A stretch of 64,000 bases of DNA from Nemertoderma westbladi. Taxonomy: Eukaryota; Animalia; Xenacoelomorpha. Shown piece after piece: positions 1 to 15,200 of the stretch. Position 1 is the stretch's first letter. Each line of letters begins with the position of its first letter. The stretch is taken from NCBI GenBank assembly GCA_032718475.1, contig JAUCBJ010003708.1, forward strand, positions 1 through 64,000, given 5' to 3'. The notes under the pieces were generated by a model. That model was not told the DNA's origin. It saw nothing but the letters and a program-made list of their open reading frames with translations, and did not search any database. Made by a program: the position numbers and the translations under genes.

Positions 1-280
1 CATACTTAAAGGGAGTGCAAAATAAAATAAAATCAGTTAAAATAAAATATAGGCCTACTGTATACAGTATAAACCAATTTTTACGAAGGACATACTTAAA
101 AGTTAGTGCGTTAAAAAAAAATTCAACTGAAATTTGGTAAGAGTGACATTTGAGCATTGCTTAAAAAGGAACATGTCGGCAAGCTAACGAATTAGTAGAG
201 CAAACCGAAACCAGTACTTGAGAAAATAGGTTTCTTTGGTTAAACGTTCTCGGTTTAAGTGGTGAATGGCCCACGAACGT

Positions 281-3200
281 GTTCTACTTATTTGTGGTTT
301 TCCGTTCTACTTGTTTGTGGTTTTCTGTTCTACTTGTTTGTGGTTTTCGTTCTACTTGTTTGTGGTTTTCTGTTCTACTTGTTTGTGGTTTTCTATTCTA
401 CTTGTTTGTGGTTTTCTATTCTACTTGTTTGTGGTTTTCTGTTCTACTTGTTTGTGGTTTTCTGTTCTACTTGTTTGTGGTTTTCTGTTCTACTTGTTTG
501 TGGTTTTCTGTTCTACTTGTTTGTGGTTTTCTGTTCTACTTATTTGTGGTTTTCTGTTCTACTTATTTGTGGTTTTCTGTTCTACTTATTTGTGGTTTTG
601 TGTTCTACTTGTTTGTGGTTTTCTGTTCTACTTGTTTGTGGTTTTATATTATACTTATTTGTGGTTTTCTGTTCTACTTGTTTGTGGTTTTATATTCTAC
701 TTGTTTGTGGTTTTCTATTCTACTTGTTTGTGGTTTACTGTTCTACATGTTTGTGGTTTTATATTCTACTTATTTGTGGTTTTCTGTTCTACTTGTTTGT
801 GGTTTTATATTCTACTTGTTTGTGGTTTTCTGTTCTACTTGTTTGTGGTTTTCTGTTCTACTTATTTGTGGTTTTCTGTTCTACTTATTTGTGGTTTTCT
901 GTTCTACTTGTTTGTGGTTTTATATTCTACTTGTTTGTGGTTTTCTGTTCTACTTGTTTGTGGTTTTCTGTTCTACTTGCTTGTGGTTTTCTGTTCTACA
1001 TGTTTGTGGTTTTATATTCTACTTATTTGTGGTTTTCTGTTCTACTTGTTTGTGGTTTTATATTCTACTTGGTTGTGGTTTTCTGTTCTACTTGTTTGTG
1101 GTTTTCTGTTCAACTTATTTGTGGTTTTCTGTTCTACTTGTTTGTGGTTTTCTGTTCTACTTATTTGTGGTTTTCTGTTCTACTTATTTGTGGTTTTCTG
1201 TTCTACTTGTTTGTGGTTTTATATTCTACTTGTTTGTGGTTTTCTGTTCTACTTGCTTGTGGTTTTCTGTTCTACATGTTTGTGGTTTTATATTCTACTT
1301 ATTTGTGGTTTTCTGTTCTACTTGTTTGTGGTTTTATATTCTACTTGTTTGTGGTTTACTGTTCTACTTGTTTGTGGTTTTATATTCTACTTGTTTGTGG
1401 TTTACTGTTCTACATGTTTGTGGTTTTATATTCTACTTGTTTGTGGTCTTCTATTCTACTTGTTTGTGGTTTTCTGTTCTACTTGTTTGTGGTTTTCTGT
1501 TCTACTTGTTTGTGGTTTTCTGTTCTACTTGTTTGTGGTTTTATATTCTACTTGTTTGTGGTTTTCTGTTCTACTTGTTTGTGGTTTTCTGTTCTACTTG
1601 CTTGTGGTTTTCTGTTCTACTTGTTTGTGGTTTTCTGTTCTACTTGTTTGTGGTTTTCTGTTCTACTTGTTTGTGGTTTTATATTCTACTTGTCTGTGGT
1701 TTTCTGTTCTACTTGTTTGTGGTTTTCTGTTCTACTTGCTTGTGGTTTTCTGTTCTACATGTTTGTGGTTTTATATTCTACTTGTTTGTGGTTTTCTGTT
1801 CTACTTGTTTGTGGTTTTCTGTTCTACTTGTTTGTAGTTTTCAACTTTAGAATTCTGTTCTACTTGTTTGTGGTCTTCTGTTCTACTTGTTTGTGGTTTT
1901 CTGTTCTACTTGCTTGTGGTTTTCTGTTCTACATGTTTGTGGTTTTATATTCTACTTGTTTGTGGTTTTCTGTTCTACATGTTTGTGGTTTTATATTCTA
2001 CTTGTTTGTGGTTTTCTGTTCTACTTGCTTGTGGTTTTCTGTTCTACATGTTTGTGGTTTTATATTCTACTTGTTTGTGGTTTTCTGTTCTACATGTTTG
2101 TGGTTTTATATTCTACTTGTTTGTGGTTTTCTGTTCTACTTGCTTGTGGTTTTCTGTTCTACATGTTTGTGGTTTTATATTCTACTTGTTTGTGGTTTTC
2201 TGTTCTACATGTTTGTGGTTTTATATTCTACTTGTTTGTGGTTTTCTGTTCTACTTGCTTGTGGTTTTCTGTTCTACATGTTTGTGGTTTTCTGTTCTAC
2301 TTGTTTGTGGTTTTCTGGTCTACTTGTTTGTGGTTTTCTGTTCTACTTGTTTATGGTTTTCTGTTCTACTTGTTTGTGGTCTTCTGTTCTACTTGTTTGT
2401 GGTTTTCTGTTCTACTTGTTTGTGGTTTTCTGTTCTACTTGTTTGTAGTTTTCAACTTTAGAATTCTGTTCTACTTGTTTGTGGTCTTCTGTTCTACTTG
2501 TTTATGGTTTTCTGTTCTACTTGTTTGTGGTTTTCTGTTCTACTTGTTTGTGGTTTTCTGTTCTACTTGTTTGTGGTTTTCTGTTCTACTTGTTTGTGGT
2601 TTTCTGTTCTACTTGTTTGTGGTCTTCTGTTCTACTTGTTTGTGGTTTTCTATTCTACTTGTTTGTGGTTTTCTGTTCTAATTGTTTGTGGTTTTCTATT
2701 CTACTTGTTTGTGGTTTTCTGATCTACTTGTTTGTGGTTTTCTGTTCTACTTGTTTATGGTTTTCTGTTCTACTTGTTTGTGGTCTTCTGTTCTACTTGT
2801 TTGTGGTTTTCTGTTCTACTTGTTTGTGGTTTTCTGTTCTACTTGTTTGTAGTTTTCAACTTTAGAATTCTGTTCTACTTGTTTGTGGTCTTCTGTTCTA
2901 CTTGTTTATGGTTTTCTGTTCTACTTGTTTGTGGTTTTCTGTTCTACTTGTTTGTGGTTTTCTGTTCTACTTGTTTGTGGTTTTCTGTTCTACTTGTTTG
3001 TGGTTTTCTGTTCTACTTGTTTGTGGTTTTCTGTTCTACTTGTTTGTAGTTTTCAACTTTAGAATTCTGTTCTACTTGTTTGTGGTCTTCTGTTCTGCTT
3101 GTTTATGGTTTTCTGTTCTACTTGTTTGTGGTTTTCTGTTCTACTTGTTTGTGGTTTTCTGTTCTACTTGTTTGTAGTTTTCAACTTTAGAATTCTGTTC

Positions 3201-6200
3201 TACTTGTTTGTGGTCTTCTGTTCTACTTGTTTATGGTTTTCTGTTCTACTTGTTTGTGGTTTTCTGTTCTACTTGTTTGTGGTTTTCTGTTCTACTTGTT
3301 TGTGGTTTTCTGTTCTACTTGTTTGTGGTTTTCTGTTCTACTTGTTTGTGGTCTTCTGTTCTACTTGTTTGTGGTTTTCTATTCTACTTGTTTGTGGTTT
3401 TCTGTTCTAATTGTTTGTGGTTTTCTATTCTACTTGTTTGTGGTTTTCTGATCTACTTGTTTGTGGTTTTCTGTTCTACTTGTTTATGGTTTTCTGTTCT
3501 ACTTGTTTGTGGTCTTCTGTTCTACTTGTTTGTGGTTTTCTGTTCTACTTGTTTGTGGTTTTCTGTTCTACTTGTTTGTAGTTTTCAACTTTAGAATTCT
3601 GTTCTACTTGTTTGTGGTCTTCTGTTCTACTTGTTTATGGTTTTCTGTTCTACTTGTTTGTGGTTTTCTGTTCTACTTGTTTGTGGTTTTCTGTTCTACT
3701 TGTTTGTGGTTTTCTGTTCTACTTGTTTGTGGTTTTCTGTTCTACTTGTTTGTGGTTTTCTGTTCTACTTGTTTGTAGTTTTCAACTTTAGAATTCTGTT
3801 CTACTTGTTTGTGGTCTTCTGTTCTACTTGTTTATGGTTTTCTGTTCTACTTGTTTGTAGTTTTCAACTTTAGAATTCTGTTCTACTTGTTTGTGGTCTT
3901 CTGTTCTACTTGTTTATGGTTTTCTGTTCTACTTGTTTGTGGTCTTCTGTTCTACTTGTTTGTGGTTTTATATTCTACTTGTTTGTGGTTTTCTGTTCTA
4001 CTTGTTTGTGGTTTTCTGTTCTACTTGCTTGTGGTTTTCTGTTCTACATGTTTGTGGTTTTATATTCTACTTATTTGTGGTTTTCTGTTCTACTTGTTTG
4101 TGGTTTTATATTCTACTTGTTTGTGGTTTTCTGTTCTACTTGTTTGTGGTTTTCTGTTCTACTTGTTTGTGGTTTTCTGTTCTACTTGTTTGTGGTTTTC
4201 TGTTCTACTTGTTTGTGGTTTTCTGTTCTACTTGTTTGTGGTTTTCTGTTCTACTTGTTTGTGGTTTTCTGTTCTACTTGTTTGTAGTTTTCAACTTTAG
4301 AATTCTGTTCTACTTGTTTGTGGTCTTCTGTTCTACTTGTTTATGGTTTTCTGTTCTACTTGTTTGTGGTTTTCTGTTCTACTTGTTTGTAGTTTTCAAC
4401 TTTAGAATTCTGTTCTACTTGTTTGTGGTCTTCTGTTCTACTTGTTTATGGTTTTCTGTTCTACTTGTTTGTGGTCTTCTGTTCTACTTGTTTGTGGTTT
4501 TATATTCTACTTGTTTGTGGTTTTCTGTTCTACTTGTTTGTGGTTTTCTGTTCTACTTGCTTGTGGTTTTCTGTTCTACATGTTTGTGGTTTTATATTCT
4601 ACTTATTTGTGGTTTTCTGTTCTACTTGTTTGTGGTTTTATATTCTACTTGTTTGTGGTTTTCTGTTCTACTTGTTTGTGGTTTTCTGTTCTACATGTTT
4701 GTGGTTTTCTGTTCTACTTGTTTGTGGTTTTATATTATACTTATTTGTGGTTTTCTGTTCTACTTGTTTGTGGTTTTATATTCTACTTGTTTGTGGTTTA
4801 CTGTTCTACTTGTTTGTGGTTTTATATTCTACTTGTTTGTGGTTTACTGTTCTACATGTTTGTGGTTTTATATTCTACTTATTTGTGGTTTTCTGTTCTA
4901 CTTGTTTGTGGTTTTCTGTTCTACTTGTTTGTGGTTTTATATTCTACTTGTTTGTGGTTTTCTGTTCTACTTGCTTGTGGTTTTCTGTTCTACTTGTTTG
5001 TGGTTTTCTGTTCTACTTGTTTGTGGTTTTCTGTTCTACTTGTTTGTGGTTTTATATTCTACTTGTCTGTGGTTTTCTGTTCTACTTGTTTGTGGTTTTC
5101 CGTTCTACTTGCTTGTGGTTTTCTGTTCTACATGTTTGTGGTTTTATATTCTACTTGTTTGTGGTTTTCTGTTCTACTTGTTTGTGGTTTTCTGTTCTAC
5201 TTGTTTGTAGTTTTCAACTTTAGAATTCTGTTCTACTTGTTTGTGGTCTTCTGTTCTACTTGTTTATGGTTTTCTGTTCTACTTGTTTGTGGTTTTCTGT
5301 TCTACTTGTTTGTGGTTTTCTATTCTACTTGTTTGTGGTTTTCTGTTCTACTTGTTTGTGGTTTTCTATTCTACTTGTCTGTGGTTTTCTGTTCTACTTG
5401 TTTGTGGTTTTCTGTTCTACTTGCTTGTGGTTTTCTGTTCTACATGTTTGTGGTTTTATATTCTACTTGTTTGTGGTTTTCTGTTCTACTTGTTTGTGGT
5501 TTTCTGTTCTACTTGTTTGTAGTTTTCAACTTTAGAATTCTGTTCTACTTGTTTGTGGTTTTCTGTTCTACTTGTTTGTGGTTTTCTGTTCTACTTGTTT
5601 GTGGTTCTCTGTTCTACTTATTTGTGGTCTTCTGCTCTACTTGTTTATGGTTTTCTGTTCTACTTGTTTGTGGTTTTCTGTTCTACTTGTTTGTGGTTTT
5701 ATATTCTACTTGTTTGTGGTTTTCTATTCTACTTGTTTGTGGTCTTCTGTTCTACTTGTTTGTGGTTTTCTGTTCTACTTGCTTGTGGTTTTCTGTTCTA
5801 CATGTTTGTGGTTTTATATTCTACTTGTTTGTGGTTTTCTGTTCTACTTGTTTGTGGTTTTCTGTTCTACTTGTTTGTAGTTTTCAACTTTAGAATTCTG
5901 TTCTACTTGTTTGTGGTTTTCTGTTCTACTTGTTTGTGGTTTTCTATTCTACTTGTTTGTGGTTATCTGTTCTACTTGTTTGTGGTTTTCTGTTCTACTT
6001 GTTTGTGGTTTTCTATTCTACTTGTTTGTGGTTTTCTGTTCTACTTGTTTGTGGTTTTCTGTTCTACTTATTTGTGGTTTTCTGTTCTACTTATTTGTGG
6101 TTTTCTATTCTACTTGTTTGTGGTTTTCTGTTCTACTTGTTTGTGGTTTTCTGTTCTACTTGTTTGTGGTTTTCTGTTCTACTTATTTGTGGTTTTCTGT

Positions 6201-9200
6201 TCTACTTATTTGTGGTTTTCTGTTCTACTTATTTGTGGTTTTCTGTTCTACTTATTTGTGGTTTTCTGTTCTACTTGTTTGTGGTTTTCTGTTCTACTTG
6301 TTTGTGGTTTTCTGTTCTACTTGTTTGTGGTTTTCTGTTCTACTTATTTGTGGTTTTCTGTTCTACTTATTTGTGGTTTTCTGTTCTACTTATTTGTGGT
6401 TTTCTGTTCTACTTGTTTGTGGTTTTCTGTTCTACTTATTTGTGGTTTTCTGTTCTACTTATTTGTGGTTTTCTATTCTACTTGTTTGTGGTTTTTTGTT
6501 CTACTTGTTTGTGGTTTTCTGTTCTACTTGTTTGTGGTTTTCTGTTCTACTTATTTGTGGTTTTCTGTTCTACTTATTTGTGGTTTTCTGTTCTACTTAT
6601 TTGTGGTTTTCTGTTCTACTTGTTTGTGGTTTTTTGTTCTACTTGTTTGTGGTTTTCTGTTCTACTTGTTTGTGGTTTTATATTCTACTTGTTTGTGGTT
6701 TACTGTTCTACATGTTTGTGGTTTTCGTTCTACTTGTTTGTGGTTCTTTGTTCTACTTTTTTGTGGTTTTCTGTTCTACTTGTTTGTGGTTTACTGTTCT
6801 ACTTGTTTGTGGTTTTCTGTTCTACTTTTTTATGGTTTTCTGTTCTACTTGTTTGTGGTTTTCTGTTCTACTTATTTGTGGTTTTCTGTTCTACTTTTTT
6901 ATGGTTTTCTGTTCTACTTGTTTGTGGTTTTCGTTATACTTGTTTGTGGTTCTTTGTTCTACTTGTTTGTGGTCTTCTGTTCTACTTGTTTGTGGTTCTC
7001 TGTTCTACTTGTTTGTGGTTTTCTGTTCTACTTGTTTGTGGTTTTATATTCTACTTGTTTGTGGTTTACTGTTCTACATGTTTGTGGTTTTCGTTCTACT
7101 TGTTTGTGGTTCTTTGTTCTACTTGTTTGTGGTTTTCTGTTCTACTTGTTTGTGGTTTACTGTTCTACTTGTTTGTGGTTTTCTGTTCTACTTTTTTATG
7201 GTTTTCTGTTCTACTTGTTTGTGGTTTTCTGTTCTACTTATTTATGGTTTTCTGTTCTACTTTTTTATGGTTTTCTGTTCTACTTGTTTGTGGTTTTCTG
7301 TTCTACTTGTTTGTGGTCTTCTGTTCTACTTGTTTGTGGTTCTCTGTTCTACTTGTTTGTGGTTTTCTGTTCTACTTGTTTGTGGTTTTCTATTCTACTT
7401 GTTCGTGGTTCTCTGTTCTACTTGTTTGTGGTTTTCTGTTCTACTTTTTTATGGTTTTCTGTTCTACTTGTTTGTGGTTTTCTGTTCTACTTGTTTGTGG
7501 TCTTCTGTTCTACTTGTTTGTGGTTTTCTGTTCTACTTGTTTGTGGTTTTCGTTCTACTTGTTTGTGGTTTTCTGTTCTACTTGTTTGTGGTTTTCTGTT
7601 CTACTTGTTTGTGGTTTACTGTTCTACTTGTTTGTGGTTCTCTGTTCTATTTATTTGTGGTTTTCTGTTCTACTCGTTTGTGGTTTTCTATTATACTTGT
7701 TCGTGGTTCTCTGTTCTACTTGTTTGTGGTTCTCTGTTCTACTTATTTGTGGTTTTCTGTTCTACTCGTTTGTGGTTTTCTATTCTACTTGTTCGTGGTT
7801 CTCTGTTCTACTTGTTTGTGGTTTTCTGTTCTACTTTTTTATGGTTTTCTGTTCTACTTGTTTGTGGTTTTCTGTTCTACTTGTTTGTGGTCTTCTGTTC
7901 TACTTGTTTGTGGTTTTCTGTTCTACTTGTTTGTGGTTTCTGTTCTACTTGTTTGTGGTTTTCTGATCTACTTGTTTGTGGTTTTCTGTTCTACTTGTTT
8001 GTGGTTTTCCGTTCTACTTGTTTGTGGTTTTCTGTTCTACTCGTTTGTGGTTTTCTGTTCTACTTGTTTATGGTTTTCTGTTCTACTTGTTTGTGGTCTT
8101 CTGTTCTACTTGTTTGTGGTTTTCTGTTCTACATGTTTGTGGTTTTCGTTCTACTTGTTTGTGGTTTTCTGTTCTACTTGTTTGTGGTTTTCTGTTCTAC
8201 TTGTTTGTGGTTTTCTGTTCTACTTATTTGTGGTTTTCTGTTCTACTTGTTTGTAGTTTTCAACTTTAGAATTCTGTTCTACTTGTTTGTGGTCTTCTGT
8301 TCTACTTGTTTATGGTTTTCTGTTCTACTTGTTTGTGGTTTTCTGTTCTACTTGTTTGTGGTTTTATATTCTACTTGTTTGTAGTTTTCAACTTTAGAAT
8401 TCTGTTCTACTTGTTTGTTGTCTTCTGTTCTACTTGTTTATGGTTTTCTGTTCTACTTGTTTGTGGTTTTCTGTTCTACTTGTTTGTGGTTTTCTGTTCT
8501 ACTTGTTTGTGGTTTTCTGTTCTACTTGTTTGTGGTTTTCTGTTCTACTTGTCTGTGGATTTCTGTTCTACTTGTTTGTGGTTTTCTGTTCTACTTGCTT
8601 GTGGTTTTCTGTTCTACATGTTTGTGGTTTTATATTCTACTTGTTTGTGGTTTTCTGTTCTACTTGTTTGTGGTTTTCTGTTCTACTTGTTTGTAGTTTT
8701 CAACTTTAGAATTCTGTTCTACTTGTTTGTGGTCTTCTGTTCTACTTGTTTATGGTTTTCTGTTCTACTTGTTTGTGGTTTTCTGTTCTACTTGTTTGTG
8801 GTTTTATATTCTACTTGTTTGTGGTTTTCTATTCTACTTGTTTGTGGTCTTCTGTTCTACTTGTTTGTGGTTTTCTGTTCTACATGTTTGTGGTTTTATA
8901 TTCTACTTGTTTGTGGTTTTCTGTTCTACTTGTTTGTGGTTTTCTGTTCTACTTGTTTGTAGTTTTCAACTTTAGAATTCTGTTCTACTTGTTTGTGGTT
9001 TTCTGTTCTACTTGTTTGTGGTTTTCTATTCTACTTGTTTGTGGTTCTCTGTTCTACTTGTTTGTGGTTTTCTGTTCTACTTGTTTGTGGTTTCCTATTC
9101 TACTTGTTTGTGGTTTTCTGTTCTACTTGTTTGTGGTTTTCTGTTCTACTTATTTGTGGTTTTCTGTTCTACTTATTTGTGGTTTTCTATTCTACTTGTT

Positions 9201-12200
9201 TGTGGTTTTCTGTTCTACTTGTTTGTGGTTTTCTGTTCTACTTGTTTGTGGTTTTCTGTTCTACTTATTTGTGGTTTTCTGTTCTACTTATTTGTGGTTT
9301 TCTATTCTACTTGTTTGTGGTTTTCTGTTCTACTTGTTTGTGGTTTTCTGTTCTACTTGTTTGTGGTTTTCTGTTCTACTTATTTGTGGTTTTCTGTTCT
9401 ACTTATTTGTGGTTTTCTGTTCTACTTATTTGTGGTTTTCTGTTCTACTTATTTGTGGTTTTCTGTTCTACTTGTTTGTGGTTTTCTGTTCTACTTATTT
9501 GTGGTTTTCTGTTCTACTTATTTGTGGTTTTCTGTTCTACTTATTTGTGGTTTTCTGTTCTACTTGTTTGTGGTTTTCTGTTCTACTTATTTGTGGTTTT
9601 CTGTTCTACTTATTTGTGGTTTTCTATTCTACTTGTTTGTGGTTTTCTGTTCTACTTATTTGTGGTTTTCTATTCTACTTGTTTGTGGTTTTCTGTTCTA
9701 CTTGTTTGTGGTTTTCTGTTCTACTCGTTTGTGGTTTTCTATTATACTTGTTTGTGGTTTTCTATTCTACTTTGTGGTTTTCTGTTCTACTTGTTTGTGG
9801 TTTTCTGTTCTACTTGTTTGTGGTTTACTGTTCTACTTGTTTGTGGTTCTCTGTTCTACTTATTTGTGGTTTTCTGTTCTACTCGTTTGTGGTTTTCTGT
9901 TCTACTCGTTTGTGGTTTTCTGTTCTACTTGTTTATGGTTTTCTGTTCTACTTGTTTGTGGTCTTCTGTTCTACTTGTTTGTGGTTTTCTGTTCTACTTG
10001 TTTGTGGTTTTCGTTCTACTTGTTTGTGGTTTTCTGTTCTACTTGTTTGTGGTTTTCTGTTCTACTTGTTTGTGGTTTTCTGTTCTACTTGTTTGTGGTT
10101 TTCTGTTCTACTTGTCTGTGGTTTTCTGTTCTACTTGTTTGTGGTTTTCTGTTCTACTTGCTTGTGGTTTTCTGTTCTACATGTTTGTGGTTTTATATTC
10201 TACTTGTTTGTGGTTTTCTGTTCTACTTGTTTGTGGTTTTCTGTTCTACTTGTTTGTAGTTTTCAACTTTAGAATTCTGTTCTACTTGTTTGTGGTCTTC
10301 TGTTCTACTTGTTTATGGTTTTCTGTTCTACTTGTTTGTGGTTTTCTGTTCTACTTGTTTGTGGTTTTATATTCTACTTGTTTGTGGTTTTCTATTCTAC
10401 TTGTTTGTGGTTTTCTGTTCTACTTGTTTGTGGTTTTCTGTTCTACTTATTTGTGGTTTTCTGTTCTACTTATTTGTGGTTTTCTATTCTACTTGTTTGT
10501 GGTTTTCTGTTCTACTTGTTTGTGGTTTTCTGTTCTACTTGTTTGTGGTTTTCTGTTCTACTTGTTTGTAGTTTTCAACTTTAGAATTCTGTTCTACTTG
10601 TTTGTGGTTTTCTGTTCTACTTGTTTGTGGTTTTCTATTCTACTTGTTTGTGGTTTTCTGTTCTACTTGTTTGTGGTTTTCTATTCTACTTGTTTGTGGT
10701 TTTCTGTTCTACTTGTTTGTGGTTTTCTGTTCTACTTATTTGTGGTTTTCTATTCTACTTGTTTGTGGTTTTCTGTTCTACTTGTTTGTGGTTTTCTGTT
10801 CTACTTGTTTGTGGTTTTCTGTTCTACTTATTTGTGGTTTTCTGTTCTACTTATTTGTGGTTTTCTGTTCTACTTATTTGTGGTTTTCTGTTCTACTTAT
10901 TTGTGGTTTTCTGTTCTACTTGTTTGTGGTTTTCTATTCTACTTGTTTGTGGTTCTCTGTTCTACTTGTTTGTGGTTCTCTGTTCTACTTGTTTGTGGTT
11001 TTCTATTCTACTTGTTTGTGGTTCTCTGTTCTACTTATTTGTGGTTTTCTGTTCTACTTGTTTGTGGTTTTCTATTCTACTTGTTTGTGGTTCTCTGTTC
11101 TACTTATTTGTGGTTTTCTGTTCTACTTGTTTGTGGTTTTCTATTCTACTTGTTTGTGGTTCTCTGTTCTACTTATTTGTGGTTTTCTGTTCTACTTGTT
11201 TGTGGTTCTCTGTTCTACTTGTTTGTGGTTCTCTGTTCTACTTGTTTGTGGTTTTCTATTCTACTTGTTTGTGGTTCTCTGTTCTACTTATTTGTGGTTT
11301 TCTGTTCTACTTGTTTGTGGTTTTCTATTCTACTTGTTTGTGGTTCTCTGTTCTACTTGTTTGTGGTTTTCTGTTCTACTTGTTTGTGGTTTTCTATTCT
11401 ACTTGTTTGTGGTTTTCTGTTCTACTTGTTTGTGGTTTTCTGTTCTACTTATTTGTGGATTTCTGTTCTACTTGTTTGTGGTTTTCTGTTCTACTTATTT
11501 GTGGTTTTCTGTTCTACTTATTTGTGGTTTTCTGTTCTACTTATTTGTGGTTTTCTATTCTACTTGTTTGTGGTTTTCTGTTCTACTTGTTTGTGGTTTT
11601 CTGTTCTACTTGTTTGTGGTTTTCTGTTCTACTTATTTGTGGTTTTCTGTTCTACTTATTTGTGGTTTTCTGTTCTACTTATTTGTGGTTTTCTGTTCTA
11701 CTTATTTGTGGTTTTCTGTTCTACTTGTTTGTGGTTTTCTGTTCTACTTATTTGTGGTTTTCTGTTCTACTTATTTGTGGTTTTCTATTCTACTTGTTTG
11801 TGGTTTTCTGTTCTACTTGTTTGTGGTTTTCTGTTCTACTTGTTTGTGGTTTTCTGTTCTACTTATTTGTGGTTTTCTGTTCTACTTGTTTGTGGTTTTC
11901 TGTTCTACTTGTTTGTGGTTTTCTGTTCTACTTGTTTGTGGTTTACTGTTCTACTTATTTGTGGTTTTCTGTTCTACTTATTTGTGGTTTTCTGTTCTAC
12001 TTATTTGTGGTTTTCTGTTCTACTTGTTTGTGGTTTTATATTCTACTTATTTGTGGTTTTCTGTTCTACTTGTTTGTGGTTTTCTGTTCTACTTGTTTGT
12101 GGTTTTCTGTTCTACTTGTTTGTGGTTTACTGTTCTACGTGTTTGTGGTTTTATATTCTACTTATTTGTGGTTTTCTGTTCTACTTGTTTGTGGTTTTAT

Positions 12201-15200
12201 ATTCTACTTGTTTGTGGTTTTCTGTTCTACTTATTTGTGGTTTTCTGTTCTACTTATTTGTGGTTTACTGTTCTACATGTTTGTGGTTTTATATTCTACT
12301 TGTTTGTGGTTTTCTGTTCTACTTGTTTGTGGTTTTATATTCTACTTGTTTGTGGTTTTCTGTTCTACTTGTTTGTGGTTTTCTGTTCTACTTGTTTGTA
12401 GTTTTCAACTTTAGAATTCTGTTCTACTTGTTTGTGGTCTTCTGTTCTACTTGTTTATGGTTTTCTGTTCTACTTGTTTGTGGTTTTCTGTTCTACTTGT
12501 TTGTGGTTTTCTGTTCTACTTGTTTGTAGTTTTCAACTTTAGAATTCTGTTCTACTTGTTTGTGGTTTTCTGTTCTACTTGTTTGTGGTTTTCTATTCTA
12601 CTTGTTTGTGGTTCTCTGTTCTACTTGTTTGTGGTTTTCTGTTCTACTTGTTTGTGGTTTTCTATTCTACTTGTTTGTGGTTTTCTGTTCTACTTGTTTG
12701 TGGTTTTCTGTTCTACTTATTTGTGGTTTTCTGTTCTACTTATTTGTGGTTTTCTATTCTACTTGTTTGTGGTTTTCTGTTCTACTTGTTTGTGGTTTTC
12801 TGTTCTAATTGTTTGTGGTTTTCTGTTCTACTTGTTTGTGGTTTTCTGGTCTACTTGTTTGTGGTTTTCTGTTCTACTTGTTTGTGGTTTTCTGTTCTAC
12901 TTGTTTGTGGTTTTCTGGTCTACTTGTTTGTGGTTTTCTGTTCTACTTGTTTGTGGTTTTCTGGTCTACTTGTTTGTGGTTTTCTGTTCTACTTGTTTGT
13001 GGTTTTCTGTTCTACTTGTTTGTGGTTTTCTGTTCTACTTGTTTGTGGTTTTCTGTTCTACTTGTTTGTGGTTTTCTGTTCTACTTGTTTGTGGTTTTCT
13101 GTTCTACTTGTTTGTGGTTTTCTGTTCTACTTGTTTGTGGTTTTCTGTTCTACTTATTTGTGGTTTTCTGTTCTACTTATTTGTGGTTTTCTGTTCTACT
13201 TGTTTGTGGTTTTCTGTTCTACTTATTTGTGGTTTTCTGTTCTACTTATTTGTGGTTTTCTATTCTACTTGTTTGTGGTTTTCTGTTCTACTTGTTTGTG
13301 GTTTTCTGTTCTACTTGTTTGTGGTTTTCTGTTCTACTTATTTGTGGTTTTCTGTTCTACTTGTTTGTGGTTTTCTGTTCTACTTGTTTGTGGTTTTCTG
13401 TTCTACTTGTTTGTGGTTTACTGTTCTACTTATTTGTGGTTTTCTGTTCTACTTATTTGTGGTTTTCTGTTCTACTTATTTGTGGTTTTCTGTTCTACTT
13501 GTTTGTGGTTTTATATTCTACTTATTTGTGGTTTTCTGTTCTACTTGTTTGTGGTTTTCTGTTCTACTTGTTTGTGGTTTTCTGTTCTACTTGTTTGTGG
13601 TTTACTGTTCTACGTGTTTGTGGTTTTATATTCTACTTATTTGTGGTTTTCTGTTCTACTTGTTTGTGGTTTTATATTCTACTTGTTTGTGGTTTTCTGT
13701 TCTACTTATTTGTGGTTTTCTGTTCTACTTATTTGTGGTTTTCTGTTCTACTTGTTTGTGGTTTTCTATTCTACTTGTTTGTGGTTTTCTGTTCTACTTG
13801 TTTGTGGTTTTCTGTTCTACTTGTTTGTGGTTTTCTGTTCTACTTGTTTGTGGTTTTATATTCTACTTGTTTGTGGTTTTCTGTTCTACTTATTTGTGGT
13901 TTTCTGTTCTACTTATTTGTGGTTTTCTGTTCTACTTGTTTGTGGTTTTCTATTCTACTTGTTTGTGGTTTTCTGTTCTACTTGTTTGTGGTTTTCTGTT
14001 CTACTTGTTTGTGGTTTTATATTCTACTTGTTTGTGGTTTTCTGTTCTACTTGTTTGTGGTTTTCTGTTCTACATGTTTGTGGTTTTATATTCTACTTGT
14101 TTGTGGTTTACTGTTCTACTTGTTTGTGGTTTTCGTTCTACTTGTTTGTGGTTCTTTGTTCTACTTGTTTGTGGTTTTCTGTTCTACTTGTTTGTGGTTT
14201 ACTGTTCTACTTGTTTGTGGTTTTCTGTTCTACTTTTTTATGGTTTTCTGTTCTACTTGTTTGTGGTTTTCTGTTCTACTTATTTGTGGTTTTCTGTTCT
14301 ACTTTTTTATGGTTTTCTGTTCTACTTGTTTGTGGTTTTCTGTTCTACTTGTTTGTGGTCTTCTGTTCTACTTGTTTGTGGTTTTCTATTCTACTTGTTT
14401 GTGGTTCTCTGTTCTACTTGTTTGTGGTTTTCTGTTCTACTTTTTTATGGTTTTCTGTTCTACTTGTTTGTGGTTTTCTGTTCTACTTGTTTGTGGTCTT
14501 CTGTTCTACTTGTTTGTGGTTTTCTGTTCTACTTGTTTGTGGTTTTCGTTCTACTTGTTTGTGGTTTTCTGTTCTACTTGTTTGTGGTTTTCTGTTCTAC
14601 TTGTTTGTGGTTTACTGTTCTACTTGTTTGCGGTTCTCTGTTCTACTTATTTGTGGTTTTCTGTTCTACTCGTTTGTGGTTTTCTGTTCTACTCGTTTGT
14701 GGTTTTCTGTTCTACTTGTTTATGGTTTTCTGTTCTACTTGTTTGTGGTCTTCTGTTCTACTTGTTTGTGGTTTTCTGTTCTACTTGTTTGTGGTTCTCT
14801 GTTCTACTTGTTTGTGGTTTTCTGTTCTACTTTTTTATGGTTTTCTGTTCTACTTGTTTGTGGTCTTCTGTTCTACTTGTTTGTGGTTTTCTGTTCTACT
14901 TGTTTGTGGTTTTCGTTCTACTTGTTTGTGGTTTTCTGTTCTACTTGTTTGTGGTTTTCTGTTCTACTTGTTTGTGGTTCTCTGTTCTACTTGTTTGTGG
15001 TTTTCTGTTCTACTTTATTATGGTTTTCTGTTCTACTTGTTTGTGGTCTTCTGTTCTACTTGTTTGTGGTTTTCTATTCTACTTGTTTGTGGTTCTCTGT
15101 TCTACTTGTTTGTGGTTTTCTGTTCTACTTTTTTATGGTTTTCTGTTCTACTTGTTTGTGGTTTTCTGTTCTACTTTTTTGTGGTTTTCTATTCTACTTG